A stretch of DNA of 22,556 nt. Origin: an uncultured cyanobacterium (lineage in GTDB: Bacteria > Cyanobacteriota > Cyanobacteriia > Leptolyngbyales > Leptolyngbyaceae). Below are positions 9,128-17,959 of the stretch, in pieces. The translations under genes and the position numbers were made by a program. Each line of letters opens with the position of its first letter. The stretch's first letter is position 1. The notes under the pieces are model-generated. The model was not told where the DNA came from, did not search any database, and saw only the letters and a list, made by a program, of their open reading frames with translations. The stretch is taken from positions 1-22,556 of the forward strand of contig CAVYAN010000007.1 of NCBI GenBank assembly GCA_963766075.1, written 5' to 3'.

Positions 9128-9757
9128 CTAAGTCGGGTGAAATTCAAAAGCGGGTTGTTGGACCTGGCTAATAGTCCACACTAGATCCTCCCGACTTAGT
9201 TTTTTGAAATCGAACATCAACAGAAGCCGCCCAAACGGAAGGAAAACAAAACCTTCGGAACAATAATTGACACAATGCACGGCCTTCAGTTCCATGTCGC
9301 AGAGGTCACATAGGCTAGATTGCAGTATGACAAAAGTCGCACGATATTCTAGGTTTATCCCTCTCCTGAAAGCAGCCTCATGACTATCAGTAAGCGCGTC
9401 GTAGACCTCACGTTTCTTTTTCAAAATCTGCCACAAAGGACTTTCAGCGTGTTCAAGTGGCGTCCCTGAAAAGTCAACGGCATCCCCTACGAGAAATTCG
9501 CACCACAACATCCACAAAGATTCGGTCATCCCCGCTAACTGCAATTCTCCAACGCGGGCCTCGTGCCGATTGAAAGGTGGGAAGCACAACCCGTCACCCA
9601 TAAGTGTCCACACAGCAAAATCAACTGACGGATTGAACAAATCCAGTGGTGTGAAAGGAACAGCCCCTTTTCTGGTAGATTTCCTAACCCACACTCCACG
9701 GTCTTTGTCCCACGGGAACCCTTCCGATTCAAAACCACTGGCAATTTTTATGCTCAT
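9128..9757 (-). CDS. Hypothetical protein
   Basis: 209-aa ORF with no recognised motif. Confidence 0.55.
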   Translation of the reverse strand: MSIKIASGFESEGFPWDKDRGVWVRKSTRKGAVPFTPLDLFNPSVDFAVWTLMGDGLCFPPFNRHEARVGELQLAGMTESLWMLWCEFLVGDAVDFSGTPLEHAESPLWQILKKKREVYDALTDSHEAAFRRGINLEYRATFVILQSSLCDLCDMELKAVHCVNYCSEGFVFLPFGRLLLMFDFKKLSREDLVWTISQVQQPAFEFHPT

Positions 9758-9826
9758 CTTTTTGGAGTCCAGGAATGAAATTTCTGAAGGTTTTCGCGTT
9801 CTTGATCGTTTTCTGCATAGTCACTA

Positions 9827-10219
9827 TCAATCAGTACTGATAGATCGACCAGGGTTCAAATTACTACCAAATCTGCCAATAATCCGCTTTTGTCCTGAGT
9901 AGAACATCTTCTCTTCTGCTATAGCTGCTTCGAGTGTGGGCTTAGGCAACGCTAAACCACTCCTTTTCTTAAATCCGAAAGACCAGTAACCATCGTACCG
10001 ATAAAAAACATTGGGAATCGGGTGCTCAAATGAAAATGCAGTACCCATCACTGAAAATCCAGACACCATGGATTCGTCATAAACATCCCCTAAATGAGCA
10101 ATTACCGCTGCTTTGAATTCTTCAAAAGTCACACGGCGGTAATTGCTCATTTCGGGATTGACTATTCTGCGTCGCGGTTCTTGGTCAGTCATTTTGCTTT
10201 TGAAGGGAGAACACCGCAA
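9827..10219 (-). CDS. Hypothetical protein (start probably ATG ~10192)
   Basis: ORF co-oriented with 9128..9757, no recognised motif. Confidence 0.5.
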   Translation of the reverse strand: MRCSPFKSKMTDQEPRRRIVNPEMSNYRRVTFEEFKAAVIAHLGDVYDESMVSGFSVMGTAFSFEHPIPNVFYRYDGYWSFGFKKRSGLALPKPTLEAAIAEEKMFYSGQKRIIGRFGSNLNPGRSISTD

Positions 10220-10755
10220 GTCTAACCTTATCCTTTCTCACCCACGAAATCTTCACACGCCACAACAGAACCCCAGAACCCTCATCAGTAAAGGATTCTG
10301 GGGTTTGTTCTCTGTGGTGCGCTAAAGGGGTGTTTTGCTTCAGGTAGAATCCCTCAGACACCATGTCTACCGTGCGTTACAGGGCATTCTCAGAGGGGTG
10401 TTTCTGGGTATTTCCTGGAATGCGTCTTAGTAGGAAGCATCAGTATTAATTCATCCAAAAAAAAAGGTTGTCAAAAGTTGTATCAAGTTGAGACTGACTG
10501 TCTCAAAAACACCCTGGACTAGAAACGGACTACAAAGCAAAAAACCACTCAACTGGCACACAGGTGAAACCTAATAGGCTCATGAGACTGAGATCCGCAA
10601 GATTCAGAGAGCAAAATGCTTGAAACCCTTCACCTGAAAGCTTTTTAGCTTAGTCTTAGTCCGTGGGTCTTCTGCCATCTTAGGCAGAAGTGCAAGTAAG
10701 GTTTCAAACTGCCTCGCCATAAGGGTTTGAGATTTTATTTTGCCTTTTTCTAGTC

Positions 10756-11151
10756 CATTGGTGCAAGCCCAGGTGACAACATAGCGAAAATCCCGCCACT
10801 CTCAGCAGAGAATGATGGGATTTTTGGTCCATCGGTTTGCTCTAAAGTGAAATGCAAATCAGCATCTCTTGCGCCAAAGTGAATCATTCGTACCAAAAAC
10901 CAATGTATAAGCTAAACCTATGCCATAGTCGGACCGGTCTCGCTTATACTTCGTCACCTGGTCTTGCCCCAAGCCTTGAAACCTATACAGGGCAATGGTT
11001 TCAGTTTTGGTCAAAGCACTTAGTGCAAAACCCAAAATCCAAAACCTATACAGGGCAATGGTTTCAGGCATTGGTGCAAGCCCAGGTGACAACATAGCGA
11101 AAATCCCACCACTCTCAGTAGAGAATGATGGGATTTTTGGTACGAATGATT
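10756..11151. repeat. Structured non-coding repeat locus (73-bp direct repeat, inverted related unit, duplicated palindrome)
   Basis: 10756-10828 and 11069-11141 differ at 2 positions. 10882-10899 is the exact reverse complement of 11134-11151. AAACCTATACAGGGCAATGGTTTCAG occurs at 10979 and 11042. Confidence 0.9.
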
Positions 11152-11164
11152 GAATCGGTTCGGT

Positions 11165-11192
11165 ATGTTCCCGTAATCAGTTACGGGAACAT
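11165..11192. terminator. Perfect 12-bp hairpin at the end of the minus-strand operon
   Basis: ATGTTCCCGTAA-TCAG-TTACGGGAACAT overlaps the stop codon of the HicA-like gene. Confidence 0.55.
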
Positions 11193-11357
11193 GATGGCAC
11201 GGCGGATAGCTGCGATCGCAGAACTGGACAACGGGCAATGCTCACTGATCACCAGACGGTCTGGACCGCGTTGCCAGATAGCGTGAGAGGTTTGCCCTTT
11301 CCTGATCCGTTCCCACCCAGCGCGGCGTAGTTCTCGCAAAGCTTGCCTGAGCTTCAT
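11181..11357 (-). CDS. HicA-family toxin-like protein (58 aa, not in the ORF track)
   Basis: MKLRQALRELRRAGWERIRKGQTSHAIWQRGPDRLVISEHCPLSSSAIAAIRRAIMFP fits the HicA pattern L..GW..R..SH..W. It has an ATGA overlap with the upstream gene. Confidence 0.7.
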   Translation of the reverse strand: MKLRQALRELRRAGWERIRKGQTSHAIWQRGPDRLVISEHCPLSSSAIAAIRRAIMFP

Positions 11358-11626
11358 AGGTATTCATCCTCTCTGCGAATGGGGCAACATTCCCACCCAT
11401 CCAAAGACAACCGCTTACCCAAGCTGCATGTGATGCCCCGGTAAGGTTTGCCTTGCTTGTTCAGTTGCTTGGTGAGGATGGCTCTAGCCTGCTCTTCACT
11501 GCCTGCCTCAACGTACCGCAGGGCATTAGTCCGATCCTGGTAGCGGGCATACATCGCATAGAGCCAGCGATCAGGTTGTGCGCTTGGGGACGGTGCGATC
11601 AATTCAAGTTGGTGGTAACGCTTCAT
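11354..11626 (-). CDS. Hypothetical protein
   Basis: 90 aa, with 4-nt start/stop overlaps with both neighbours. Confidence 0.65.
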   Translation of the reverse strand: MKRYHQLELIAPSPSAQPDRWLYAMYARYQDRTNALRYVEAGSEEQARAILTKQLNKQGKPYRGITCSLGKRLSLDGWECCPIRREDEYL

Positions 11627-11943
11627 GGGTCACTCCCCGGCACTTCCCCGATGAACTCCACATCCAACCTGGAAATTTGCCTAGGCTCATGTTTACGGTG
11701 CCGATGGGCATAGTGGTAGCGCTGAGCAACCCGCCATAGAAACCCCAGGTATTCAACCGAATCACCAACCATAGGCGGCTCGTAAAACGACATTAAGAAG
11801 ATGCCTTCTAGCTTCTCTACTTCAGCTTTAGGCAGGTTGTCACGGACTGAATCGGGTAGCTCAAAGTCAACCATCCACTGTGAGGGGTTCTTGCTCACAG
11901 TTACCGGGGTTTCTTGTGCAATTCCTAAGAAGAATTTAGCCAT
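11623..11943 (-). CDS. Hypothetical protein
   Basis: 106 aa, ATG start, stop overlaps the next start. Confidence 0.65.
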   Translation of the reverse strand: MAKFFLGIAQETPVTVSKNPSQWMVDFELPDSVRDNLPKAEVEKLEGIFLMSFYEPPMVGDSVEYLGFLWRVAQRYHYAHRHRKHEPRQISRLDVEFIGEVPGSDP

Positions 11944-11997
11944 GGCGTTAATAGTTTGATAGTGCTTTTGTGTTGCAGTCTAATTCGTTCTATGCGG

Positions 11998-12132
11998 TTT
12001 GGGGACGTTGGGGACAGCGTTGGGGATGAATCTGGGGATGGGGATGGGGATAGCCTTGGGGATGGCGGGGATACCGTCCCCTGCGTGTCCCCAAGGGTCT
12101 ATCCCCAACGTCCCCAAATCCCCATCCCCAAC
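11998..12132. repeat. Convergent GGGGA/TCCCC repeat array directly downstream of the ATPase gene
   Basis: Eight GGGGA(C/T) units (12001-12072) are followed by six (G/A)TCCCC units (12076-12129). There is a perfect 17-bp inverted repeat at 11998-12014 / 12102-12118. Confidence 0.9.
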
Positions 12133-12135
12133 TTT

Positions 12136-13808
12136 TTACCCCTCTACCCGGAAGGTATCGGCATCAATTCGTGTTAGGCATTTCTGAGCAACCGCCACGG
12201 CTAAAACTTGAGTCAGCTTGTCGCGTTGCCTACAACCATTGCGCTTGCCCCAGTTGCCTTTGATTTGTTCAAAGGTTAGCTCTGTGCCTGCTTTCTCCTG
12301 AATCCAACTCAGGAAATTAGCAACGAGCAAAGCATCCTCTGAGCCGTGGTTTTTTAGGTGTGCGATAACCTTTTCGATGCGGCTATTAGGTACTGGGTTT
12401 TGCGCGGTCGATGTCACTTGCGGGTGGTCAACTTCAGCGCTTTTGTAGTCGGTTACACCCGCCACTTCCCGAACTTTTTCAACCTTAGCCGCAACACATT
12501 TCCTGCCATCCCAGTCAGGCAGGGACAGCCCATCGAGGCTGTAAAAACGGCCTTCGATTTGGACGGTGCGATCGCAGATTTCGGCGGTTGCTGGGTCCAA
12601 GGTTGCCCCTTGAAAGTTGGTGCTTAGTTGCTTGAACAGCCCTGAATCAAACACTAGGCGTTGCCCGTTCCACTCCGACTGAGAGGCCGGGTGGATGAAC
12701 ACATGGGTCAGACTGCCTGTTTTGCAAAAGCTCTTGCCGTGCTGGACCATGTTTGCCGCGATGAACTCAGGCCCGATAGCCCAGACAGACTTACCCCGCT
12801 TCACCCCGGTGCTGTTGCATTGACTCGACAGGGAAGCGATCACCGCATTCAAAGGTTCCAACAAACCCCGGTGCATGTTGGAGATTGCGGCCTGCGCGGG
12901 TGCCTCATCGACAACCAAGATCGCCCCGGTCTGTGCCCAAAAGTCCCGGACCATTTTGATGGATGCTTCAATCACCTGCTTCGCCGTCGGACTGTCCAGC
13001 GACCCCAGGTCGAACCGGATTGATGCCGTGGCATGTTGCCAGTACTCTGCATCTTCGTCTCTGCCCTCCGATGTCCGGGTGTGGCTGAGATTGAGGTGAA
13101 AAGTCTTGATGCCCTTTGAGGCCAGGTAGCGGCTTGCGATCGCAGCTAAGAAACTCTTACCTGTGCGTTGCCCGCCAAAGATGAGCCGATTCTGGTATGG
13201 GTTAGCTAGAAGCACACTCACAGGCCCGTCTTGTGGGGCGATCACTTCAGAGCGGGTGTCATCACCGTAAACCTCCATACCCACACCCACGGCTTGCACC
13301 GGAATTGCCCCTAACTGGGTTTGGATACCCACGGCGGGCGCGACGGCGGGCGCTGTTTTGCCAGACGGGGAAAGGGCAAGCTGCGGGGCATCACCCATCA
13401 CATAGGCGCGGTAAGCCGTTTCCAGTGCGGCGGCAACTTTGCCCAGTGGTTCGCCCTGGTCAACCTTCGTCCACCAGATCCAAGATTTCTGGGTGATCGG
13501 TGAGGAAATCGGCTTCAGCTTGGCGATCGCGCTGGGTGATCCTGTAATTCCAAGCTTGCAATGCCTGCCAACCTGCCAGCACGATCAGGGGTGCCAGGAG
13601 TGGCAAAGTAAAGCCAGACAAGGCCACAATCCCCGCCGCACTGGCAATGCCTACCGCAGCAGTGGTTAGAGGCGATCAGGGTATCTTTGCCCGTCTCAGC
13701 TTCATCCAGGTGGATGATTCTGAGCGCTTCATGGGCATCAGGGATGAAGTCTTGCCGTAGCATTTCGGACGTGATGAGCGTGGCGGGGTTGGGTTCAAAG
13801 CTTCGCAT
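12136..13808 (-). CDS. Membrane-anchored P-loop ATPase (FtsK/TraB/coupling-protein-like), ~556 aa after repairing two frameshifts
   Basis: Walker A 'IFGGQRTGKS' and Walker B 'ILVVDE'. RBS GAGAGG precedes the ATG at 13808. Shifts near 13670 and 13468 reveal the hydrophobic segment 'LTTAAVGIASAAGIVALSGFTLPLLAPLIVLAGW'. A small C-terminal domain follows a linker. Confidence 0.7.
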
Positions 13809-13864
13809 AAAATACCTCTCAGTTCAGTGAAAAGAAGGGGGCATCGTTGCCCCCAGATTGACGG

Positions 13865-14609
13865 TTAGTTGTTGCTGGAATTGTGGTCAGGCACAGTGAC
13901 GGAAGTACGGCGCACAGAGGCTTCTAGGGACTGAATGAACTCTAGTTCATCGCGGGATAGCAGCTTTTCCGCACAAGTGTTCGTAAGGCGTATCCCGACC
14001 TCTACCCCAAACATGCCGACTAGAGCCAGCAGCACCCCTGACCAGCTCACCCCAGTTGCACCCAGGATGCCACCGCCAACAATCAGCACGAAGAATTCCA
14101 GGGCATAGCAGACCCACCGAATCGCCTCAAAGGTCATCTCCTGAGACTTCTCGCGGTTCCGATAGCGCTTGAACTTGTTCCGAGCTACCGGGTTCAGTTC
14201 GTGATTCACCACGGGGATTTCTACTGGCTTGCGTTGGAGTCTGACTAGTCCGGCGATGTTTGCCTTCAAATTCAGATTGTCGAACGCGGGCATAATTTCT
14301 AGAGCTTGGATCACACCCCAACTGAGCAACCCAGCGGCAAAGGAACCCGTTGCAGCAGACCAGGACGTGACATTTATAATCCCGGCAAACACGGTGAATG
14401 AGCCACAGAGTAGCGTTGCCCCACGCCAACTAACCACCCACTGAAAGACCTCTTTAAGACCGATCAGGAGGTCATCAAAGTCAATCCGGCCATTGTGATT
14501 CTTGTCTACCACATCAGCCCACGGGCGCTTGGGGTCAGTCTTTGCGGTTTCCTTTGCCTTGGCGATCATTGGTGCGTTGGGTGGAACGGGAATTAGTTTG
14601 AAAAGCCAT
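13865..14609 (-). CDS. Multi-pass membrane protein (frameshift near 14542)
   Basis: RBS AGGAAA then MAFQTNSRS..., joined to 'KTDPKRPW' by removing one A. It has about four hydrophobic segments and an EF-hand-like 'DKNHNGRIDFDD'. Confidence 0.7.
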
Positions 14610-14630
14610 GGTGTATTTCCTATTGAGGGT

Positions 14631-15028
14631 TTACGGTGGAACGGGCGATGTGCTGGGGATTGGTGCGGAATCCACGGGTGTGGAAGCGGTAGGTGCAAAC
14701 CTGGAAGCGAGAATCCGATTCAGCACTTCAGGCGGGGCAGAGCGGATGTAATGACCTTGGCATCGGCGGTCACTTCAGCGGTGTTGCCCTGGTCATCACA
14801 GACCAGAGTGCCAGGGGTCAAAGGGATTCCGGGTTTGCTATAGGCGCGATACCAAGGGTTAATCGTGCCTGTCATCCTTTGGCAAGTGGCGGCGCGTTGT
14901 TGGGCGATTGTGGCGGCGCTGGATACCTGATTCCAGGCGACGATGCGGGGATTTGCGCACATAGACAAGGCTTGCACCGAGAACACGGCCCCAAGGCCCA
15001 ACAGGCAGCGCTGTGAGGTTCTGTTCAT
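14631..15028 (-). CDS. Exported or membrane-anchored hypothetical protein (frameshift near 14750)
   Basis: N-terminal hydrophobic segment and 'GTLVCDDQGNTAEV'. Adding one base extends it to a Pro/Ser-rich tail that ends just before the next RBS. Confidence 0.6.
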
Positions 15029-15411
15029 GCCGCTACCTCTGGCAATTCGTCCCGAAACCCTTCGTAGACTGAATCCTCATCAAGGGAATAGATGCCTTCC
15101 AGGATTTGATGTCCCAGTGCGATCGCTAACTGGATAGCGGGCAATGGTTCTGCAAAGTCTAGAAATTCCTCGATCATCTTGACCGCATCGCATTCGTGAA
15201 AATCGAATGGGTCGGTCATCTCGATAAATTCGTAAAAGCTGCTGCGGTCAACTTCTTCCACCGACGCGCAGTAGTTCACCCAATCCCCGATAACCATGAT
15301 TAGCTGGCTTTTCTCGGATAGGGGCAAGCTCTCTAGGCGCGGCCCGTAGGCGTTGGCGGCTTCTGCAAAATCAGCGTCGTAGGTGGATAGCAGACTGTTT
15401 TTCGTTACCAT
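15025..15411 (-). CDS. Highly acidic hypothetical protein
   Basis: 128 aa with 27 D/E versus 6 K/R by manual count. RBS GAGG; stop overlaps the next start. Confidence 0.7.
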   Translation of the reverse strand: MVTKNSLLSTYDADFAEAANAYGPRLESLPLSEKSQLIMVIGDWVNYCASVEEVDRSSFYEFIEMTDPFDFHECDAVKMIEEFLDFAEPLPAIQLAIALGHQILEGIYSLDEDSVYEGFRDELPEVAA

Positions 15412-15420
15412 TGGAATACC

Positions 15421-15735
15421 TCAAAGTGTTGATAGTTCGATGTTCTGGGGTGCTAAGCCTGCCTGTGATTGGTAGTCGGGGCAGGCTTTTGCATTGATGC
15501 ACGGGAATGGTCTAGAGATGGAAAACAAGTCACGGGCAACCTCAAAACCCTCTAGCTCCAACCATTCGATGACCCAATCGGTTTCAGTGCCAGACAGCGG
15601 CCCGTCTACTTGTGGATCGAACAAATCGGCGTGACTGGCAATCCGCCATAGGGCATCGGCGCGGCCACTGGGGCTGATGGAGCGGTTGTAGTGGGTTACT
15701 TGCCGTTGGACGTAATCGGGGGTGTAAGCCTTCAT
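15421..15735 (-). CDS. Hypothetical protein
   Basis: 104 aa, RBS AGGAG. Confidence 0.65.
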   Translation of the reverse strand: MKAYTPDYVQRQVTHYNRSISPSGRADALWRIASHADLFDPQVDGPLSGTETDWVIEWLELEGFEVARDLFSISRPFPCINAKACPDYQSQAGLAPQNIELSTL

Positions 15736-15759
15736 TGGGTTCTCCTGTGGTTAACGAAT

Positions 15760-16039
15760 CTAAAGTCCTTCAATCGGCGGTCTGGGCTTCTTGGCAGTAC
15801 TGGGCAGTGCTGTGACACTAACGGGCGCTATCGAGTCATTTGGAACAGGTTTAGGCGGGTTAGTGTCACTAACGGGCGCTATCGGGATGTTTTGTCCTGT
15901 TAGTAAACTGGATAGCGTCACTACCGTGCCGATTGATGAGGTATTCAAGTAAAAACGAGGGTTCAAGGTTTGCTTGGTCGGAGAGGGCATAGAGGCGTTG
16001 CCGTGCCCTCTCGCTTAGCCTGATTCTGGGTTCTGCCAT
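15760..16039 (-). CDS. ParR-like ribbon-helix-helix protein (frameshift near 15910; start not in the ORF track)
   Basis: The ATG overlaps the ParM stop (TGATG) and reads MAEPRIRLSERARQRLYALSDQANLEPSFLLEYLINRHG. Removing one C joins it to a Pro-rich tail ending 'KKPRPPIEGL'. As written it stops at 15869 (56 aa). Confidence 0.65.
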
Positions 16040-17022
16040 CACAACCCCATGCCTAAAACGGTGATGTCCTGCGGTTGGGGCACAACCTTAAACCGTCCTT
16101 TGGTGCGGTGCTCCATGGACTCAGCCAGAGAGGCAGAGCCACCCACTAGAAGCACTTCACCCAGATCCGACAGGTAGGGTTGCCATGCGGCAGTAGCACT
16201 AGTGCGGATGTCATCGATCCAGGTATCGCGGCATGAGGCAAAGTGAGTCACAAAGCTGGAACCGTTACGCCCAATCTTGAACGAACCGTTTTCGATGCCG
16301 TCCATGATTTGAGATAGGTCAGCACTGATGCCCGTTTCCTTGAGCAACCGTGCCTGAATCGCTTGAGCCAGCTTGTTTGTACCGGGCAAGGTGATAGAGG
16401 CATCGCGCAGATTCACACCCTCAGCAGAGTAGAGCCGACCGCTAGAAGTCCCACCGCCAAAGTCGATCACCCCGTTGACGGCATCGTCAGCCCACTGGTA
16501 AAGCCCATTGGTAACCCCATACAGGTAAGCGGCGGTGCTTTCCTCCACTAGAACCACATGGGCGATAGTGACAATCAGGGCTTGACCGTTGCGGGTGTAT
16601 TCGTGGGTGCCGGTCAGTGCTTTGCCTGCTGCGATCGCATCTGGGTTGCGGGTATCGGGTACGGCAATCTTCAGGGTTTCTACTCGGAATGCCGAATGCC
16701 CAAAAGGTGCTTCCAGCGCGGCGAAAACGGACTCAGACAGCATCGATAGCTTGCCTTTGTCGAATGCACTGCGGTGCCCTGATTGAGCTTTAGCGGCTTG
16801 CCCAATGGCGTAGGTTTGGCCGTCACGCTCAATGATGACGGTATCGGCACCGGGCGCGGGTACATCTTCCCAGCTTGTATCGAAATGGCGGATCACATGG
16901 GGCATCCGTATCAAGTCCCCATTCACTGAAATGTACTCTAGGTAGCGGTTCCCGGCGTTTAGCAAGACTTCAGGGCGAATCTTGGCGGTCCAAGAAAGTG
17001 GTTTTTGAAGTGGGGTCATCAT
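16039..17022 (-). CDS. parM: ParM/StbA-family actin-like ATPase
   Basis: Actin-fold motifs 'LNAGNR', 'YAIGQAA', 'VEESTAAY', 'VIDFGGGTS' and 'LLVGGSA'. Confidence 0.85.
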   Translation of the reverse strand: MMTPLQKPLSWTAKIRPEVLLNAGNRYLEYISVNGDLIRMPHVIRHFDTSWEDVPAPGADTVIIERDGQTYAIGQAAKAQSGHRSAFDKGKLSMLSESVFAALEAPFGHSAFRVETLKIAVPDTRNPDAIAAGKALTGTHEYTRNGQALIVTIAHVVLVEESTAAYLYGVTNGLYQWADDAVNGVIDFGGGTSSGRLYSAEGVNLRDASITLPGTNKLAQAIQARLLKETGISADLSQIMDGIENGSFKIGRNGSSFVTHFASCRDTWIDDIRTSATAAWQPYLSDLGEVLLVGGSASLAESMEHRTKGRFKVVPQPQDITVLGMGL

Positions 17023-17027
17023 TGGTT

Positions 17028-17344
17028 TTAGGTAAATAAAGGTGCTGTGGGCAGTTTTGAGCCATACCTAGGGCGTGTGAAATTAGGCGGGAGCAGATAA
17101 ATACGTAGTTTTGCTAGAGCCGATTGCCCGCGCTTGTATTGAAGTGAGTCGTAGGGGTTGTAATCCAGTAATTGGGTTCCGACATACTCTTGATCAGTCG
17201 TGACGATCGTGGTCCCAATGTATTCAGACCCGAATTCTGTCGGCAAGTTGAATCCGGTCAATATAAATCCACCGTTCAATTCCTGGATGAATTGATCATC
17301 TGGCAGCGTGCGGCAGAGGACTGGACTTGAGAAATCGTGATCAT
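17028..17344 (-). CDS. Hypothetical protein (frameshift near 17318)
   Basis: ATG at 17344 after AAAGG; MITISQVQS joins 'LCRTLPDDQFIQELNGGF' with one added base. Confidence 0.5.
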
Positions 17345-17404
17345 GGTTTTGACCTTTGGATAGAGGTTTACAGTGGGCAGTTTTTAGCTTGAGGGCGTGC
17401 GAAA

Positions 17405-17758
17405 TTAGGCGACGACCTTGGGAGAATTCTTAATCCGACTGTCCAGTTCATCAAAATCAATCAGTGATTCAGCAGAGCGGGGTAGTCTGAGCACTGGGAT
17501 TAGGGGTAAGCACAGCCCGTAGCCAGCCAGCCAAGGAATCAGGATGGCATTGCAATAGTTCCGGGTAGCTCTGGCAGCGTCGATTACGGAGCCACAGAAG
17601 GAGCAGAACGCGGTCCAGAACCAGCGAATGTCTTGCAACATCCCGGTTACCCGAAAATCAATCTCGAAATCGTTGCCTTCGGACATGCAAACCGTAACCA
17701 AATCAACATGCTTAGCGATCCAGTATCCAAACGAAGCGGCGAGGAAGAGTGAAAGCAT
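17405..17758 (-). CDS. Hydrophobic hypothetical protein, first gene of the leftward operon
   Basis: 117 aa, RBS GGAG, N-terminal hydrophobic stretch. Confidence 0.6.
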   Translation of the reverse strand: MLSLFLAASFGYWIAKHVDLVTVCMSEGNDFEIDFRVTGMLQDIRWFWTAFCSFCGSVIDAARATRNYCNAILIPWLAGYGLCLPLIPVLRLPRSAESLIDFDELDSRIKNSPKVVA

Positions 17759-17959
17759 TGGTGTAGTCTCCAGGGGTAAAAGGTTTAAGGGTGGGGCTTT
17801 TTTAGGTGGCCCCGGTCTGGTTGGAAAAGTTGTTAACCCGGTTCAACCCTGCCGGGAAGCCTTTTACGGGGCTTGGGCGGAACCTTTGGTTTGCCGGGGT
17901 TCAGTCCGGGAGGCGGTTGTCTGTCCCGCTTGAATCTAATGTAATTCAATAGCAATACG

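Noticed and set aside
10756..11151. CRISPR array interpretation of the repeats
   Set aside because: Only two long direct copies, with mixed orientation, no regular repeat-spacer period and no cas genes.
10852..11238. Short ORFs over the repeat locus
   Set aside because: They are translations of the DNA repeats, with no RBS or recognisable protein features.
11956..12187. Gly/Asp/Pro-rich plus-strand ORFs
   Set aside because: Low-complexity products of the GGGGA/TCCCC array that overlap the ATPase gene antisense.
12358..16865. Numerous plus-strand ORFs across the leftward operon
   Set aside because: Antisense shadows of better-supported, translationally coupled minus-strand genes.
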